NCBI GenBank assembly: GCA_041630955.1
Contig: JBFKKS010000001.1
Coordinates: 1-35,055, forward strand
Reading direction: 5' to 3'
Origin: Nevskiales bacterium
GTDB lineage: Bacteria; Pseudomonadota; Gammaproteobacteria; Nevskiales; CAJXLF01
DNA length: 35,055 nt
Of the stretch, positions 35,036-35,055 are shown in pieces (position 1 is the first letter of the stretch; the number at the start of each line of letters is the position of its first letter). Under the pieces are notes generated by a model, which saw nothing but the letters and a program-made list of their open reading frames with translations, had not been told where the DNA came from and ran no database searches. The position numbers and the translations under genes are program-made.

Positions 35036-35055
35036 TCTTTAGCCATGAGCGGCAC

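Overview
This is a dense chromosomal segment with about 34 protein-coding genes. I found no rRNA, tRNA, CRISPR array, transposase or integrase. The gene content (plsB, mlaA, prfC, rmuC, fadH, exeA/exeB-like gspAB, TRAP transporter) suggests a GC-rich gammaproteobacterium; that assignment is inference only. Gene order from the left: a tatT-dctPQM TRAP operon (-), fadH (+), a LolA-like/MMPL exporter pair (-), an alpha/beta hydrolase (+), prfC (-), a membrane protein and acylphosphatase (-), two monoheme cytochromes c (+), and an OM beta-barrel (+). Next comes a three-gene RiPP cassette (+), followed by rmuC, a low-GC hexapeptide acyltransferase, a thioesterase, and an orphan parB (-). The right-hand part holds mlaA, a small kinase-fold gene, plsB, a kinase-like membrane protein, an aldehyde dehydrogenase (-), and a YcfJ-like/PepSY/response regulator/histidine kinase block (-). 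It ends with a lone ParM-like actin (-) divergent from gspA-gspB (+), then a PduO-type adenosyltransferase. The strongest candidate for a special system is at 14479-16441. It encodes a Sec-signal-bearing 104-aa peptide whose C-terminal half is eight K-C-G-E units (EGKCG repeats with EKKAKEA spacers). Directly downstream are a DUF692 multinuclear non-heme iron oxidative enzyme (MNIO) and an overlapping DUF2063 partner. This is the architecture of HvfABC/bufferin-type cysteine-modified RiPP metallophores. Secondary curiosities are two kinase-fold genes bracketing plsB, an orphan ParB lacking the N-terminal ParA-stimulating motif next to a small cluster of DnaA-box-like 9-mers, a chromosomal ParM-like actin next to orphan gspAB, and a low-GC acyltransferase islet. 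All calls rest on reading the ORF translations and the DNA by eye; no database search was run.
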